This document shows, one piece after another, positions 41,311 through 53,260 of a DNA stretch of 64,000 bases. The position numbers and the translations under genes are program-made. How positions within the stretch are numbered: the first letter of the stretch is position 1; each line of letters begins with the position of its first letter. Below the pieces are notes generated by a model. The model made no database searches, was not told where the DNA came from, and worked only from the letters and a program-made list of their open reading frames with translations. Location: contig JAHRHZ010000266.1 of NCBI GenBank assembly GCA_024137785.1, forward strand, positions 62,001 through 126,000, given 5' to 3'. This DNA comes from Ginglymostoma cirratum. Its lineage: Eukaryota.

Positions 41311-42407
41311 TCTCGATAAATTTATAACTAGTTCTAGCTGGGAAAATTTCAGTATAAATGCTGAAGATCGGGTGGAGGGAGGGGACAGGAGTGCATGCTC
41401 AGTAGAGATGGAAACCAGAGAGAGAGAAAAATAATTGTACAGACAAAGGAATGGAAAAAGGTCAGCCTGGGAGAATGAATAGCTGCAGAAGGGGGCCATT
41501 AGTCACCGACAATGGATTGTTTGTAGTCACAGCCCATGTGATGACAGGGCCTGGTGTGTTGGGTTTGGGAGAACGAGAAAGGGGAAGGAGCTCAAGCCTT
41601 AAAATTATTGAACACAATATTGAGTCCAGAAGGCCACAGGATCCCCACACAGCGGTGTGTTGAAATGGCAGGCAACTGGAAGCACAGGGTCATTTTTGTG
41701 GATAGAATATATGTATTCTGCAAAGCAGTCTGTGTTTTATCTTCCCAATATAGAAGTAGAAGTGAATTGCACAGAGTTAGAGAGTTTTTTGGTGGAACAT
41801 CTCTGAGCCAGTTGTGATGGAGAGAGAGAGCTCAAGATATTGCCATGCATCGCCGTATGCACAGAGAGTGGAAGGCAGATTTCATTTCCTCACCATATTC
41901 TTACCAGACCATGGGGCTGATTTCTCATTAGGGGCTGACGACTGGTGGCCATTTAACCTGAAGGCCACTACATCTCAGGCGAAGGAAGAGGTTGAGAAGA
42001 ACAGTTCTTCATTGTAACAGCCTGTGTGGGAATTGAACGGTTGGCATCACAACACTTTGGAAACCAGTCGTCCAGCCAACTGAGCTAAACCAACCCCCAG
42101 ATCCCCTAAATGGCTTGACTGAATCAGATGGGCTTTTCCAGTTATAATCTATGGTCACATGTGGCCATTAGATTAATTTCTCATTTAAATTCCAGACATT
42201 TAAAAATTACATTCAAGTTTCACCTTCTGCTCTTGCAAGGTTTCAACCCATGGCCCAGTGACAGCAGCAGTATACCGCCACCACCCTTTATAACCCATGT
42301 GTGGCTGCGTCTTTAGGAAAGGTCCTAGATGGGCGTGAAACCTCTCCCAGATGGACGTGAAACCTCTCCCAGATGGACACTAGAGGAATGTACTTACACT
42401 GAACTAT

Positions 42408-42640
42408 CTCATAGAATCCCTACAGTGTGGAAACAGGCCCTTCGGCCCAACAAGTCCATACCAACCCTAAAAGCATCCTACCCAGACCCATCCCCCCATC
42501 ACCCAAATAATCCACACCATCCTGAACACTGTTGACAATTTGGCCTATACACCTAGCCTGCACGTCTTTTGGACTGTGGGTTGAAACCGGAGCACCTGGA
42601 GGAAACCCACGCAGACACTGGGAGAACGTGCAAACTATGC
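42408..42640 (-). mobile_element. HE1-like SINE, 5'-truncated
   Basis: Homologous to 7857-8070. Absent from the paralogous intron at about 27955. Confidence 0.8.
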
Positions 42641-43038
42641 CTGATGAAGGTATGAGCATTTTCATTGTAAACAAAAGGGACACATTAGATTGTTGCACCT
42701 TGCTGCTCGAGGAGATGATCTCAACGTCAGTATAACTTTGGGTTGTTTGGAGATTGAACTGAATATTCTGAGTGCGTCAATGTCTTTCAACACTGACATC
42801 AGAATGCACGTAAAAGGATCAGCACATCAAATTACAGTAAATATATTACAAACTCAGAAAGCTGGAAATTTGAAATAAAAATCAAAATACTGCCAATACT
42901 CAGCAGGCAACCATCACCTGTGGAAAGAAACAGGGTTAACATTTTAGTTCAATGACCTTTCACCAGAAAATCAAATCACAAAACATCCACAGGATATGTC
43001 ACACACTCAGATTGAAGAATGAGTGAATGGCTGCTTAC

Positions 43039-43386
43039 CATGTACCTGCAGCCGAGTTTCTTTCTGGATCAGATACTGGTAACTGAGTCTTGATCTGTAT
43101 TCCACCTGACACAGGTAAGTGTGATTGTCCCTCACACTCAGCTGGTTTATCCTGGTCGAGGCGTTTCCCTCCTCTGGGTTCCCGATGAGCTCGTACCGAT
43201 TTCCACCGTTTACAGCTGTCCAATTTCCCTGTGACTGGGCTGTAAATGTAATGATGTGTTGGTAGGGCTCCTTCCTCAACCAGGTAACAGCGGCAAGTTT
43301 GGAGTAGTACCTAATCCTGAAGGTACAGGGTAAAGTGACTGAATCTCCCTCTGTCCCACTCACCACTGAAACTTCTCCCTGAGCAG
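43039..43386 (-). CDS. Ig V-set exon V2a (second V-type domain)
   Basis: Open 348-bp phase-1/1 exon, acceptor ttcctcag, donor GTAAGC. Encodes AQGEVSVVSGTEGDSVTLPC...VTW...RYELIGNPEEGNASTRINQLSVRDNHTYLCQVEY...TRLQVH, with canonical B-strand Cys, C-strand Trp and DxxxYxC. Confidence 0.9.
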
Positions 43387-43924
43387 CTGAGGAAAGGGCA
43401 AACATCAGAATGGATGAGGTCAGTGGGCAGAAATTTTGGATTCAATTTGCTGCATTCTTTTCAACTTCATAATAAAATGAACAGTTAACAACTTTCCTCA
43501 TTTCTTTCATGGGTCTGTCCAAGACCTTCCCCTACAAAAGTCACCCTGATCAAAATGTCTCTCCACCTCTCGATTTGAGAACCTTGAACACAAGGTATTT
43601 ACAGATCAGGAAGTCCATTGAATACTTTGGAATTCATTCATGCAGAACCCTCCATCAATTCCTCAAAGTTAATATTGTTTAAAAAAAGTCAAAAATTACA
43701 CAGGTTTCCTCCATCACTCTGCCCAACAATCACATTCCAAGTATTGGCCCCACTCTGAGTGAAGGAGTACTCCCTGGCATCATTCCTAATGTGACTCCAA
43801 GTTCAAGTGAAGGCAAGCGCCCGGCCGAGGGCTGTAAAGAACCTGATTGGCAGTCGGGGTGAAGATTTGCATTGGCGCAGTCACCACTACCAAACAGTGG
43901 TTTGTGGAGGGAGTGGAATCTGTA

Positions 43925-46560
43925 CTGAAAAACAAAAAAAGCTGGAGCTTGCAGCAGGTCAGGCAGCATCCATGGACAGAGAGCAAACGACAGTTTCGAG
44001 TCTAGGTGACTCTTCATCAGAGCTGATAATGAAGTGTGGAGGGGCAAGCACTTATGCAATTTTGTGGGGGTGGGGTGCTGGGGGAGAGACGCTGCTGATA
44101 GTGCTGATTGTGTGATCGGAATGTGAGAATGGCAGAATAATGGTGTATCTAACAGCCAAACAGTACAGATGGTCCCACTGGCGTGGGGAGAGGGGAAATG
44201 GTAACAGAAAATGCAACAAGTAAACTGACAGGAAGGGAATAAATGGGAAGGAGTTCACAATCTGAAGGTGTTGAACGGAATATTAAGACCAGAAGTTTGG
44301 AAAGTGCTCAGTCTGAAGATGAGTTTTGTTCCTCCAATTTGGTCTGTGAATCACTGGGACATTGCAGTGAGCCGAGGACAGAAAAGTGGGCATACGAGCA
44401 AGATGCTGTGTTAAAATGACCAATTACAGGATGATTGGGGTCATGCTTGTGCACAGACCAGAGGTGTTCTGTAAAGCGGTCTCCAAGTCTGTGTTTGATT
44501 TCTCCAATGGAGATTAAGCCACGTAGGGTGCAATGAAAGCACTCAACTAGATTGGAGGAGGTACAGGTGAAATGCTGCCTCACCTTGAAAGACTGTTTAG
44601 GCCCTTGGATGGTGAGCAGCGAGGAGGCAAAGGGCCAGGTGTTGCACCTCCTGCAGTTACGGAAGGTGCTGTGGGAAGGGTTTGGTATTGTTGGCCAATG
44701 AGGATGGACCAGGGTGTCCTGGATGGAACAGGCCCTGTGAAATGGAGACAGAGGAGGCAGGGGAAGGTGTGTTTAGTGGTGGCGTTCTGCCACAGTTGTT
44801 TGAAATGGTGGAGGATGATCCTTTGAATGCGAAGCCATGTGGGATGAAAAGTAGTATACGGGGCACCTGATCACACTATTGTGAGTTATGGAAGGGCAGG
44901 GCAGAAGCACAGGTGACAGGTCAGATGTGGTTCAGGTCTCTGTCACCCACAATGGGTGGGAAACTATAGGTAAGGCAGAAGAAACCTATGTCAGAAGCAC
45001 TGTTTTTGAAGGTGGCATCATCTGATCAGATCCGATGGAGGCGAAGGAACTGGGAGATTGGAAGGGAATCCTTACAGGAAATTGGGTGCGAATAGCTACA
45101 GTGAAGATAGTTATGGGAGTGAGTGGCTTTGCAGTGGGTGGCGGTGGACAGTTAATCCTGCAAGATGGAGACAGAGAGGTCAGGGAGAGGAAGGAAAGTG
45201 TCAGAGATGCACCAGGTGAAAGATGTAGAGGGGTGGAGGTTGGAAACAAAATTAACAAACTTTTTAAAGTCCAGGCAAAAGTATGAAGCAGCACCAAAGC
45301 AGCTGTCACTGTACCAAAAAAAGTGTTATGGGAGGGGACCAGTGTAGGCCTGGAACGAGGATTGTTCCACATACTCCGTAGAAAGACAGGCATAACTGGC
45401 ACTCATATGATTGCCCATAGTCACTCCTTTGACTTGGCAGAAGTGAGATGAATTAAAGGAGAAATTGTTCATTGACAGAACAAGTTTAGCCAAGCAGAGG
45501 ACAGAAGTGCTGGATAGGATTGTTCAGAAGTGTGGTCGAGTAAGAAGCTGAGAGCTCTTAAACCATCCTTGTGGGGAACGGAGGAATAGGGGAATTGGAT
45601 ATCTATGGTGAAGAGGAGGCAGTTAGGGCCAGGCAACTGGAAATTGTCAATATGGCAGAGGGCATCAGAGGAATTGTGGATGAAGGTGGGCAGGTTGGGA
45701 CAAATGCAGGAAGGATGGAGTCAAGGTGGGAGGAAATGAGCTCAGTGGGTCAGGAACAAGTTGCTATGATGGGTGTACCAGGACAGTCCAGAGTGTGGAT
45801 TTTGTGAAGGAGCTAGAAGTGGGGTTGTCTGGGGTTGGGAGACTATTAGGTTAGACGCAGTGGCGGGGAAATCTCTGGTGGTAATGAAGTTGTTGGCAGT
45901 CTTGGCAACAATAGCTTGATGTTAGGATGTGGGGTATTGGTCCACGGGGTGGTAGGATGAAGCGTCCGAGAGTTGGCATTGAGCCTCAGCAAGTTAAAGA
46001 TCAGTGCGCCAAACAACAATGGTACCACCCTCGTTGGTGGGATTAATGACAAAGTTGGGGTTGGACCTGAGAGAGCAAAGTGCGGCAATTTCAGAAGGGG
46101 ACAGCTTAGAGTGGGCAAGAGGATCGGAGAAACTGAGACAACTGATATCATATTGGCAGTATGCAACGAAGAACTCGAGGGCAGGTAGGAGGCCAGAGGA
46201 AGGGGCCCAAGTGGAATGTGAATACTGTAGTGGTGTGAAGTGATCCAATGATTGGTAGGGGGGGGGGACGAATTACTGCCTGAAGGAGTTGGCACAGTGA
46301 TGGAGGTGGCGGACAAACAGGTCAACATCACAGTGATCCCAAAATTCATTCAGGTGGGTGCATATGGATGGGAAGCTGAGTCATTTGCTGAAGACAGTAC
46401 GTTCAGCCTCAGAGATGGGAAGGTCATGAGGGATGGTAAAAATATAGCAAGGGCTGGGGTTGAGGGGACGGACCTCTGGGGACAGAAAGAGATGGCATCC
46501 AAGGGCTAGGAAGAGGTTGGTGCTCAGGGAAGTTAAGGGATTGACTCAGAGGGACAAGAG
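43925..46560 (-). mobile_element. Penelope-like retroelement (degenerate RT + GIY-YIG endonuclease)
   Basis: Peptides LSPSEIAALCSLRSNPNFVINPTNEGGTIVVW (N-terminal of the PLE RT) and HFTCTSSNLV..C....IGEIKHRLGDRFTEH..HFN (GIY-YIG). Terminal repeat with a hammerhead-like core at about 43988-44024. Confidence 0.9.
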
Positions 46561-46589
46561 GGAACAGGGTACCCAGAAAGGAGAGGCAG

Positions 46590-46740
46590 TAGTAGTTTTT
46601 GGAGGTCAGTCATCTCAGCTCCAGGAAATCTCTGCAAGAGTCCCTCAGGGGACTGTCCCAGGCCCAACCATCTTCAACTGCTTCATCAATGACCTTCCCT
46701 CCATCGTAAGGTCAGAAGTGGGCATGGATGTTCGCTGATG
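46590..46740 (+). mobile_element. Non-LTR RT fragment (CR1/L2 clade)
   Basis: VPQGTVPGPTIFNCFINDLPSIV peptide. Confidence 0.75.
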
Positions 46741-47838
46741 AACATGGGCTGCAGGAGAACATCACCACCTACAGGCTCCCCTTCAAGACACTCACCATCC
46801 TGATTTGGAAATATTTCACCATTCCTTCAGTGTCAGTGGGACAGAGATCTGGAATTCCTTCGCCAGCTGCATCATGAGTGTCCCTGCACCTGAGGGAATG
46901 CAGCAGTTCAAGGGGGCAATTCACCATTCCCTTCTCCAGGGCTATTTGGAATTGTCAATAAAGGCTGACTGACTCTGTAAACATCTAAATTATAAATATA
47001 GTTCCAAGTCAGGATGGTATGTATTTGCTGCCAAGTGGGGAGTATTCCAAGCCTGTGACCTGCTCTTGTAGTGACAGTCTCATTTACACTCCTGGGCTCA
47101 CTCCTTGTCCACAACTGAGTGAGCCATTGAGGGGAGTTAAGAATGAATCACATGACTGTCGGTCAGGAGACACATGTCTATCAAGCCAGGTGAGGATGGC
47201 AAATTTCCCTCCTAAAGGACATGAATGTTTTTCAAAAGTGTTGGTTTACCGTCAAGAGCAGTATTCAGTTCTTGATATTTTCAAATTAAAATTTCAAAAT
47301 TAGCCATGGGTTGGAACCTATTCCCCAGGACATGAGCCTCTAGAGAAGGCAGCTCCCCTCGTTTTCTCCTCAGCCAATGGATACATCATATAGCAATAGT
47401 GAGAATCTCAGCCAATGCAAGCTTTCTTCACCCTGAGAAGTACTCATCCAATGATGACTCAGGAGGTACAAGGTCTCTCTTGTCCTCATCCAATGGTGAT
47501 AGAGCAGGGATTTCATTAGTGGGGATTTTGGAGCTTGGATCCTCAGTCATGTTTTCTCTGTTCTCTATCTCAGAATACTGAAGCCAGTTTGAACAAAATT
47601 AATGAGCGAGTGTGAGATACTGTGGGAGGTTTCAGAGATGGTGCTGGAATAGTCTATAAAGCCCAGCCTCCCCTCTTTCTCTCTCTCACTCTCTCGCACT
47701 TCCCTTCTCACTGCCTCCTGCGTCAAACCACCTGAAAGAGCACAGGACAAGTAGCCAACCGAAGAGCTCCCTGACCAGGTGGAGCCTGTCCCCATAGAGC
47801 TATCAGGGCAGCGACACCATCCAGATATTGTTCCTCAC

Positions 47839-48222
47839 CTTCCACTTCCAGCCTTGTTGGAGACCGTGTTTGAAAACTGCCAGAACTGAGTTCCACACGA
47901 CAGCGATAGAAACCAGCATCCTCCTGCTTCAGTCCCTCCATCATTATTGAGACATCTTTGTTGCTGAGGTTCCCCACGAATCTGAATTGATTCCCACCAT
48001 CCCGCTGTCTCATATTCTCGCACAGCTCACCCTGGGAATGGTCTGGACCAGGATGTGTACAGTCAAAGATAACACCTTTGTTCTGTTTCTTCCATATCAC
48101 GGAGCCGGTGACTGTGAGATCAGTGTCTGGGTGGGTGAAGCTGCAGGGTAAGACAGCAAAGCCTCCTTTCTCAGCCCTCACAGTGTTCGCAACTTTAATG
48201 GACCAACCGTTTGCAGAATACT
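47839..48222 (-). CDS. Ig V-set exon V1a, Siglec-15-like sialic-acid-binding-type domain
   Basis: Open 384-bp phase-1/phase-1 exon between acceptor ctcctcacag and donor GTGAGG. Encodes YSANGWSIKVANTVRAEKGGFAVLPCSFTHP...VIW...IFDC...ELC...FRFVGNLSNKDVSI...DAGFYRCRVEL...TRLEVE. The motif order (WSxxV, AVLPCxFTHP, FxC..ELC, FR.GN..D.SL, YxCRVE) matches Siglec-15 V-set as recalled; no search was run. Confidence 0.9.
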
Positions 48223-48484
48223 CTGTGAGGAGGCAGAGAGAGAAAGAGAGAGAGGATATGATACTTTTTTGGCTCCAATTGTGAGGTTTGTAACAAGAGG
48301 AAACATTCAATCTGTATCCACTCTGTCGAAAGATTGCACAATTTGAAATATCTCTGTTCAAATATCCCTTTATTTTTGGTGCTTATTTGAAAGGAGTACA
48401 TTTATTTACTGGGAGGTGATGTTTATCATAAATGTAACTTCTATTACTGCTGCTTCAAACAGCGTCATAAGTTCTGGAACTAAG

Positions 48485-48705
48485 ATAGACAATCAGGGGG
48501 CTGGAAGAACGCAGCAAGCCAGGCAGCATCTCGAGGAAAGGAGAAGTCAGTGTTTTGAGTATTACCCTTCTTCTGGACTGGGGAAGGGTCATACCCGAAA
48601 CATTGATTTTGCCTTTCCTCCAGATGCTGCCTGGCTTTCTGCATTCTTCCAGCCTCCTGTTTGTCTACCTTGGATTCCATCATCTGCAGATTTTATTTTG
48701 TCTCT
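48485..48705. mobile_element. Short fold-back Penelope-terminus-like element
   Basis: Imperfect inverted arms at about 48485-48575 and 48580-48670. Confidence 0.65.
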
Positions 48706-49319
48706 AACCAATTTATGGGACGAACCTATTGTATCTTTATAAAGTTTGCAGTGATTGACAGCATTTTAAGGTGTTTCCACATGAAGGTGGATAGCATCAC
48801 AACATCTCCTGAGTGATTAAGTGGTGTAATCAGCTCCCCACCTTTTCTTATGGGGTCCACTACCGAACTAGGGTCCATTAATGATAACAAAGTCTGGTGG
48901 TGGCCTGAATAAATTGAAGGTTTTAATACAAGGCTTTTTGAAGCAGGGACACATCCCACTGGACCACAACAATGTCCTGCACAATGAACAGGAAAGAATC
49001 AAATGACTTAACTCACAAAGATCATAGTACTGGTTCCCCATGACAACCTTGCGAACCTCCCTCCCTTCGAGTCCAATAAGTAACAGTGCTGAAGCCAGAG
49101 GCAGCTGAACCCAAAGGCACTGGTGAAGCTGCGAGAAACAAGATTCACATGGATTCCAGCAGGTCTGAGTGTTTCACTAGGAGATGCCAAGAGGGAAGAT
49201 TGCTGCTTCAAAACCACCTACTAAAGCAGTAATGAAAGACAGGAACAAGGTTGTTGGTCAGCAGTTGTACTGAAACATGAAAACTCTGTGTGATTCACTT
49301 TTATCCAAGTGATTATCAT

Positions 49320-52300
49320 AAAAAGTGATTCTATAATTAGGGGGATAGATAGTATCCTTTGTAAGGAGGATCAAGATCCCGCATGGTGGGTTGCCTGCCT
49401 GGTGCCAGGGTAAGGGATATCTCTGACCGGCTTGAAAGGATATTGGAGCAGGAGGGGAAGGATCCAGTTGTTCTGGTCCACACTGGAACAACCAACATAG
49501 GCAAGAATGGGAAAGAGGACCTGTTCAGAGATTATCAGGAGCTAGGAACCAAATTAAAGAACAGGTCCTCAAAGGTTATAATCTCCAGATTACTGCCCGA
49601 GCCACGTGCTATTTGTCATAGGGACTGAGAATAAAGGAAGTAAACACGTGACTAAAAGAGTGGTGCAGAAAAGAGAGGTTCCTTTTCATGGGGCACTGGC
49701 ATCAATATTAGAACAGAAGGGATCTGTACCTTTGGGACAGTCTCCACTTGAATCGAGCTAGGACCAATGTTCTAGTGAAAAGAGTAAATAGGCTGGTCAA
49801 CAGGACTTTAACCTAGAATGTGGGGGGTGGGGTGGGGGAGAGGGAGGGAATGGTGAAACTTGCCCCAGTGCAAAACAAAGCAGCAGGTTAACATCTGTCA
49901 TGGTGGATTCAACTACATGGAAAAGTATGAAAGAAATGACAGGGAAGGAAAACTCAGGGGAGGTTTTTAAAATCTCCAGCAATGACACAAATAGAACAGA
50001 ATGTTTGGAAGGGGCTAGCAAGCAAACACTGGAAAAACAACTGACAATGAGAGGAGGGAGGGTTAATACAGGACTGAAGGTGTTATATCAGAATGCATGC
50101 AGTACAAGGAATAAGGTAAATGAGCTTGTGGCGCAGATTGAAACTGGCAGGTATGATGTGGTAGGCATCACAGAGACGTGGCTGCAAGGGGATCAGGATT
50201 GGGAACTGAATATCCAAGGATATACATCCTATTGAAAAGATAGGGAGGTGGGCCGAGGGGGTGGGGTTGCCTTATTCGTGAGAAATGAAATTAAATCAAT
50301 AGGAAGAAATGAAGTAGGTTCAGATGGTGTAGAATCCGTGTGGGTAGAATTAAGGAGCCGCAAAAGTAAAAAAAAACTATAGTTGGAGTTGCGTACAGGC
50401 CTCCAAACAGTAGTCAGGAGCTGGGGCACAAGATACACCAAGAGATAGAAAAGGTGTGTAAGAAAGACAAAGTGACAGTGATCATGGGGAATTTCAACAT
50501 GCAGGTGGACTGGGAAAATCATGTTGGTAGTGGATTGCAAGAAAAGGAGTTTGTGGAATGTCTATGAGATGGCTTTTTGGAGCAGCTTGTGGTGGAGCCC
50601 GCAAGAGAACAGGCAATACCGGATTTAGTGTTGTGCAATGAGGCAGACTTGATTCGGGAGCTTAAGGTAAAGGAATTCGTAGGAGGCAGTGATCATAAAT
50701 TGATAGAATTTACTCTGAAATTTGAGAGGGAGAAATTAGAATCAGAGGTAACAGTATTACAGCTGAATAAAGGTGACTACAGAGGTATGAGGGAGGAGCT
50801 GGGCAGAGTTGACTGGAAGAGAAGCCGAGCAGGAAAGACAGTGGAACAGTAATGGAGTTTCTGGGAGTAATTCAGGAGATGCAGCAAAAATTAATCCCTG
50901 GGAAGAAGAAGCATGGTACAGGGAGGATGAGGCAACCAAAGCTGACTAAGGAAGTCAGGGATAGCATAAAAGAAAAAGAGAAAGCATATAATGTGGCAAA
51001 GGGCAGTGGGAAACCAGAGGACTGGGAAGCTTACAAATACCAACAGAGAGCAACAAAAAAAACGGAGGGAGAAGATTAAATATGAGGGTAAGCTAGCCAG
51101 TAATATAAATGAAGACTGCAAGAGATTCTTTAGATATATAAAGGGAAAAAGAGAGGCAAAAGTAGACATTGGACCATTGGAAAATGACACTGGAGACATC
51201 ATCGTGGGGAACAAGGAAATGGCTGAGGAACTGAATAATTACTTGGCGTCAGTCTTCACGGTGGAAGACACGAGTAATGTCCCAACAATTCAAGAGAGTC
51301 AGGGGGCAGAGCTGAGTATGATGGCCATCACCAAGGAAAAAGTGCTCGTAAAACTGATTGGACTGAAGGTGGATAAATCACCTGGACTAGATGGACTATA
51401 CCCCAGAGTTCTAAAAGAGATAGCTGAAGAGATAGTGGAAACATTAGCAATTTCAGGAATTGCTAGAGTAAGGGACGGTCCCAGAGGACTGGAAGATTGC
51501 TAATGTGACACCCCTGTTTAAAAAGGGAGTAAGGCAAAAGATGGAAAATTACAGCCTGATTAGCCTAACCCCGGTCTTGGGTAAAATTTTGGTGTCGATT
51601 GTGAAGGATGAGATTTCTGAATATTTAGAAGTGTATAGTAAAATAGGGCAAAGTCAGCATGGTTTCATCAAGGGGAGTTCACGTCTGACAAATCTGATAG
51701 AATTCTTTTGAGGACATAATGAGCAGGGTAGACCAAGGAGAGCCAATAGATGTTAGCTACCTGGACTTCAAGAAGGCCTTTGACAAGGTGCCGCACAGGA
51801 GGCTGCTGAGTAAGATGAGACCCATGGTGTTAGAGTCAAGGTGCTAGCATGGATAGAAGATTGGCTGTCTGGCAGAAAGCAGAGAGTGGGCGTAAAGGGG
51901 TCTTTCTTAGGATGGTGGCCGGTGACAAGTGGTGTTCTGCAAGGGTCAGTGTTGGGCCCATAAATTTTCACTTTATACATTAATGATCTAGATGAAGGAT
52001 CTGTGGGCATTCTGGCTAAGTTTGCAGATAATACAAAGATAGGTGGTGGGACAGGTATTATTGAGGAGATGGGGAGGCTGCAGAAGGATTTGGACAGATT
52101 AGGAGAGTGGGCAAAGAAGTGGCAAATGGAATACAACGTGGGAAAGTGTGAGGTCATGCACTTTGGACAGAAGAATAAAAGCATAGACTATTTTCTAAAC
52201 GGGGAGAAAATTCAGAGGTCTGAAGTGCAAACAGACTTGGAAGTTCTAGTCCCAGATTCTCTCAAGGTAAACTTGCAGGTTGAGTCAATAGCCAGGAAGG

Positions 52301-52954
52301 CAAATGCAATGTTGGCATTTATTTTGAGAGGACTTGAATATAAAAGCAGGGATGTACTTCTGAGACTTTATAAGGCTCTGATCAGGCCACATTTAGAGTA
52401 TCGTGTGCAGTTTTGGGCCCCATATCTCAGGAAGGATGTACTGGCCCTGGACCAGGTTCAGAAGAAGTTCACGGGAATGGTCCCAGGAATGGAAAGCTTA
52501 ATATAGGAGGAACGTTTGAAGACTCTGGGACTTTACTCATTGTTGTTTAGAAGGATGAGGGGGGATCTAATTGAAAAAACTTACAGAATACTGAATAGCC
52601 TGGACAGAGTGGATGTTGAGAAGATGCTTCCATTGGTAGGAAAGACTAGGACTCGTGGGAACAGCCTTAAAATAAAGGGAAGACCTTTTAGAACAGAGAT
52701 AAGGAGAAACCTCTTCAGCCAGAGAGTGGTGAATCTATGGAATTCACTGCCACAGAAGGCTGTGGAGGCCAGGTCATTGAATAATTTTAAGACTGAGACA
52801 GATAGGTTCTTGATTATCAAGGGGATCAAGGGTTACAGGGAGTAAGTGGGAGAATGGAGTTGAGGAGCTTATCAGCCTTGACTGAATGGCGGAGCAGATT
52901 TGATGAGCCAAATGGCCAAATTTCTGCTCATACGTCTTATGGTCTTATGGTCTT
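49320..52954 (+). mobile_element. CR1 LINE, near full-length (ORF1 esterase part + ORF2), same subfamily as 5027-7412
   Basis: GCLPGARVRDI..VLVHTGTTN, YDVVGITETWL, GSDH and KFADNTK peptides, with a (tcttatgg)n tail. Confidence 0.95.
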
Positions 52955-52969
52955 AAAAGGGAAGTAACA

Positions 52970-53260
52970 CTCCCATTGTGTTATCAGAAGGCTGTCAATC
53001 CAGAGACCCAGGTAATGTTGCGTGGGCTGGGGTTACAATCCCACCACAGCAGCGTTCCTTTCTTTCTCTTAACATCTGGAATTTGGAGTCCCATGATGAC
53101 TGTGACCTCTTGGGAAGGAAATCTCTTTCTTACCATTTTGGTCTATTTGTGACTCCAGACCTACAATAATGTGAGCGACTGTGAACTGCCCTCTGGGCAA
53201 TTACGGATGGACAATGAATACTGACCCAGCCAGTGACAACTGCATCCCATGAATGAATGA
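52970..53260 (+). mobile_element. SacSINE1/DeuSINE-like SINE, degenerate
   Basis: gtgactccagacc...aactgccctctgggcaatta motif shared with 60140-60445. Confidence 0.65.

Noticed and set aside
42327-42378. 22-bp direct repeat (about 2.3 copies)
   Set aside because: A simple local slippage duplication in an intron, with no spacers and not CRISPR-like.
28723-48222. Rearranging antigen-receptor (Ig/IgNAR/TCR) V segments
   Set aside because: Each V exon contains its own G strand and ends at a splice donor. I saw no adjacent heptamer/nonamer RSS, no D/J segments and no C1 exons.
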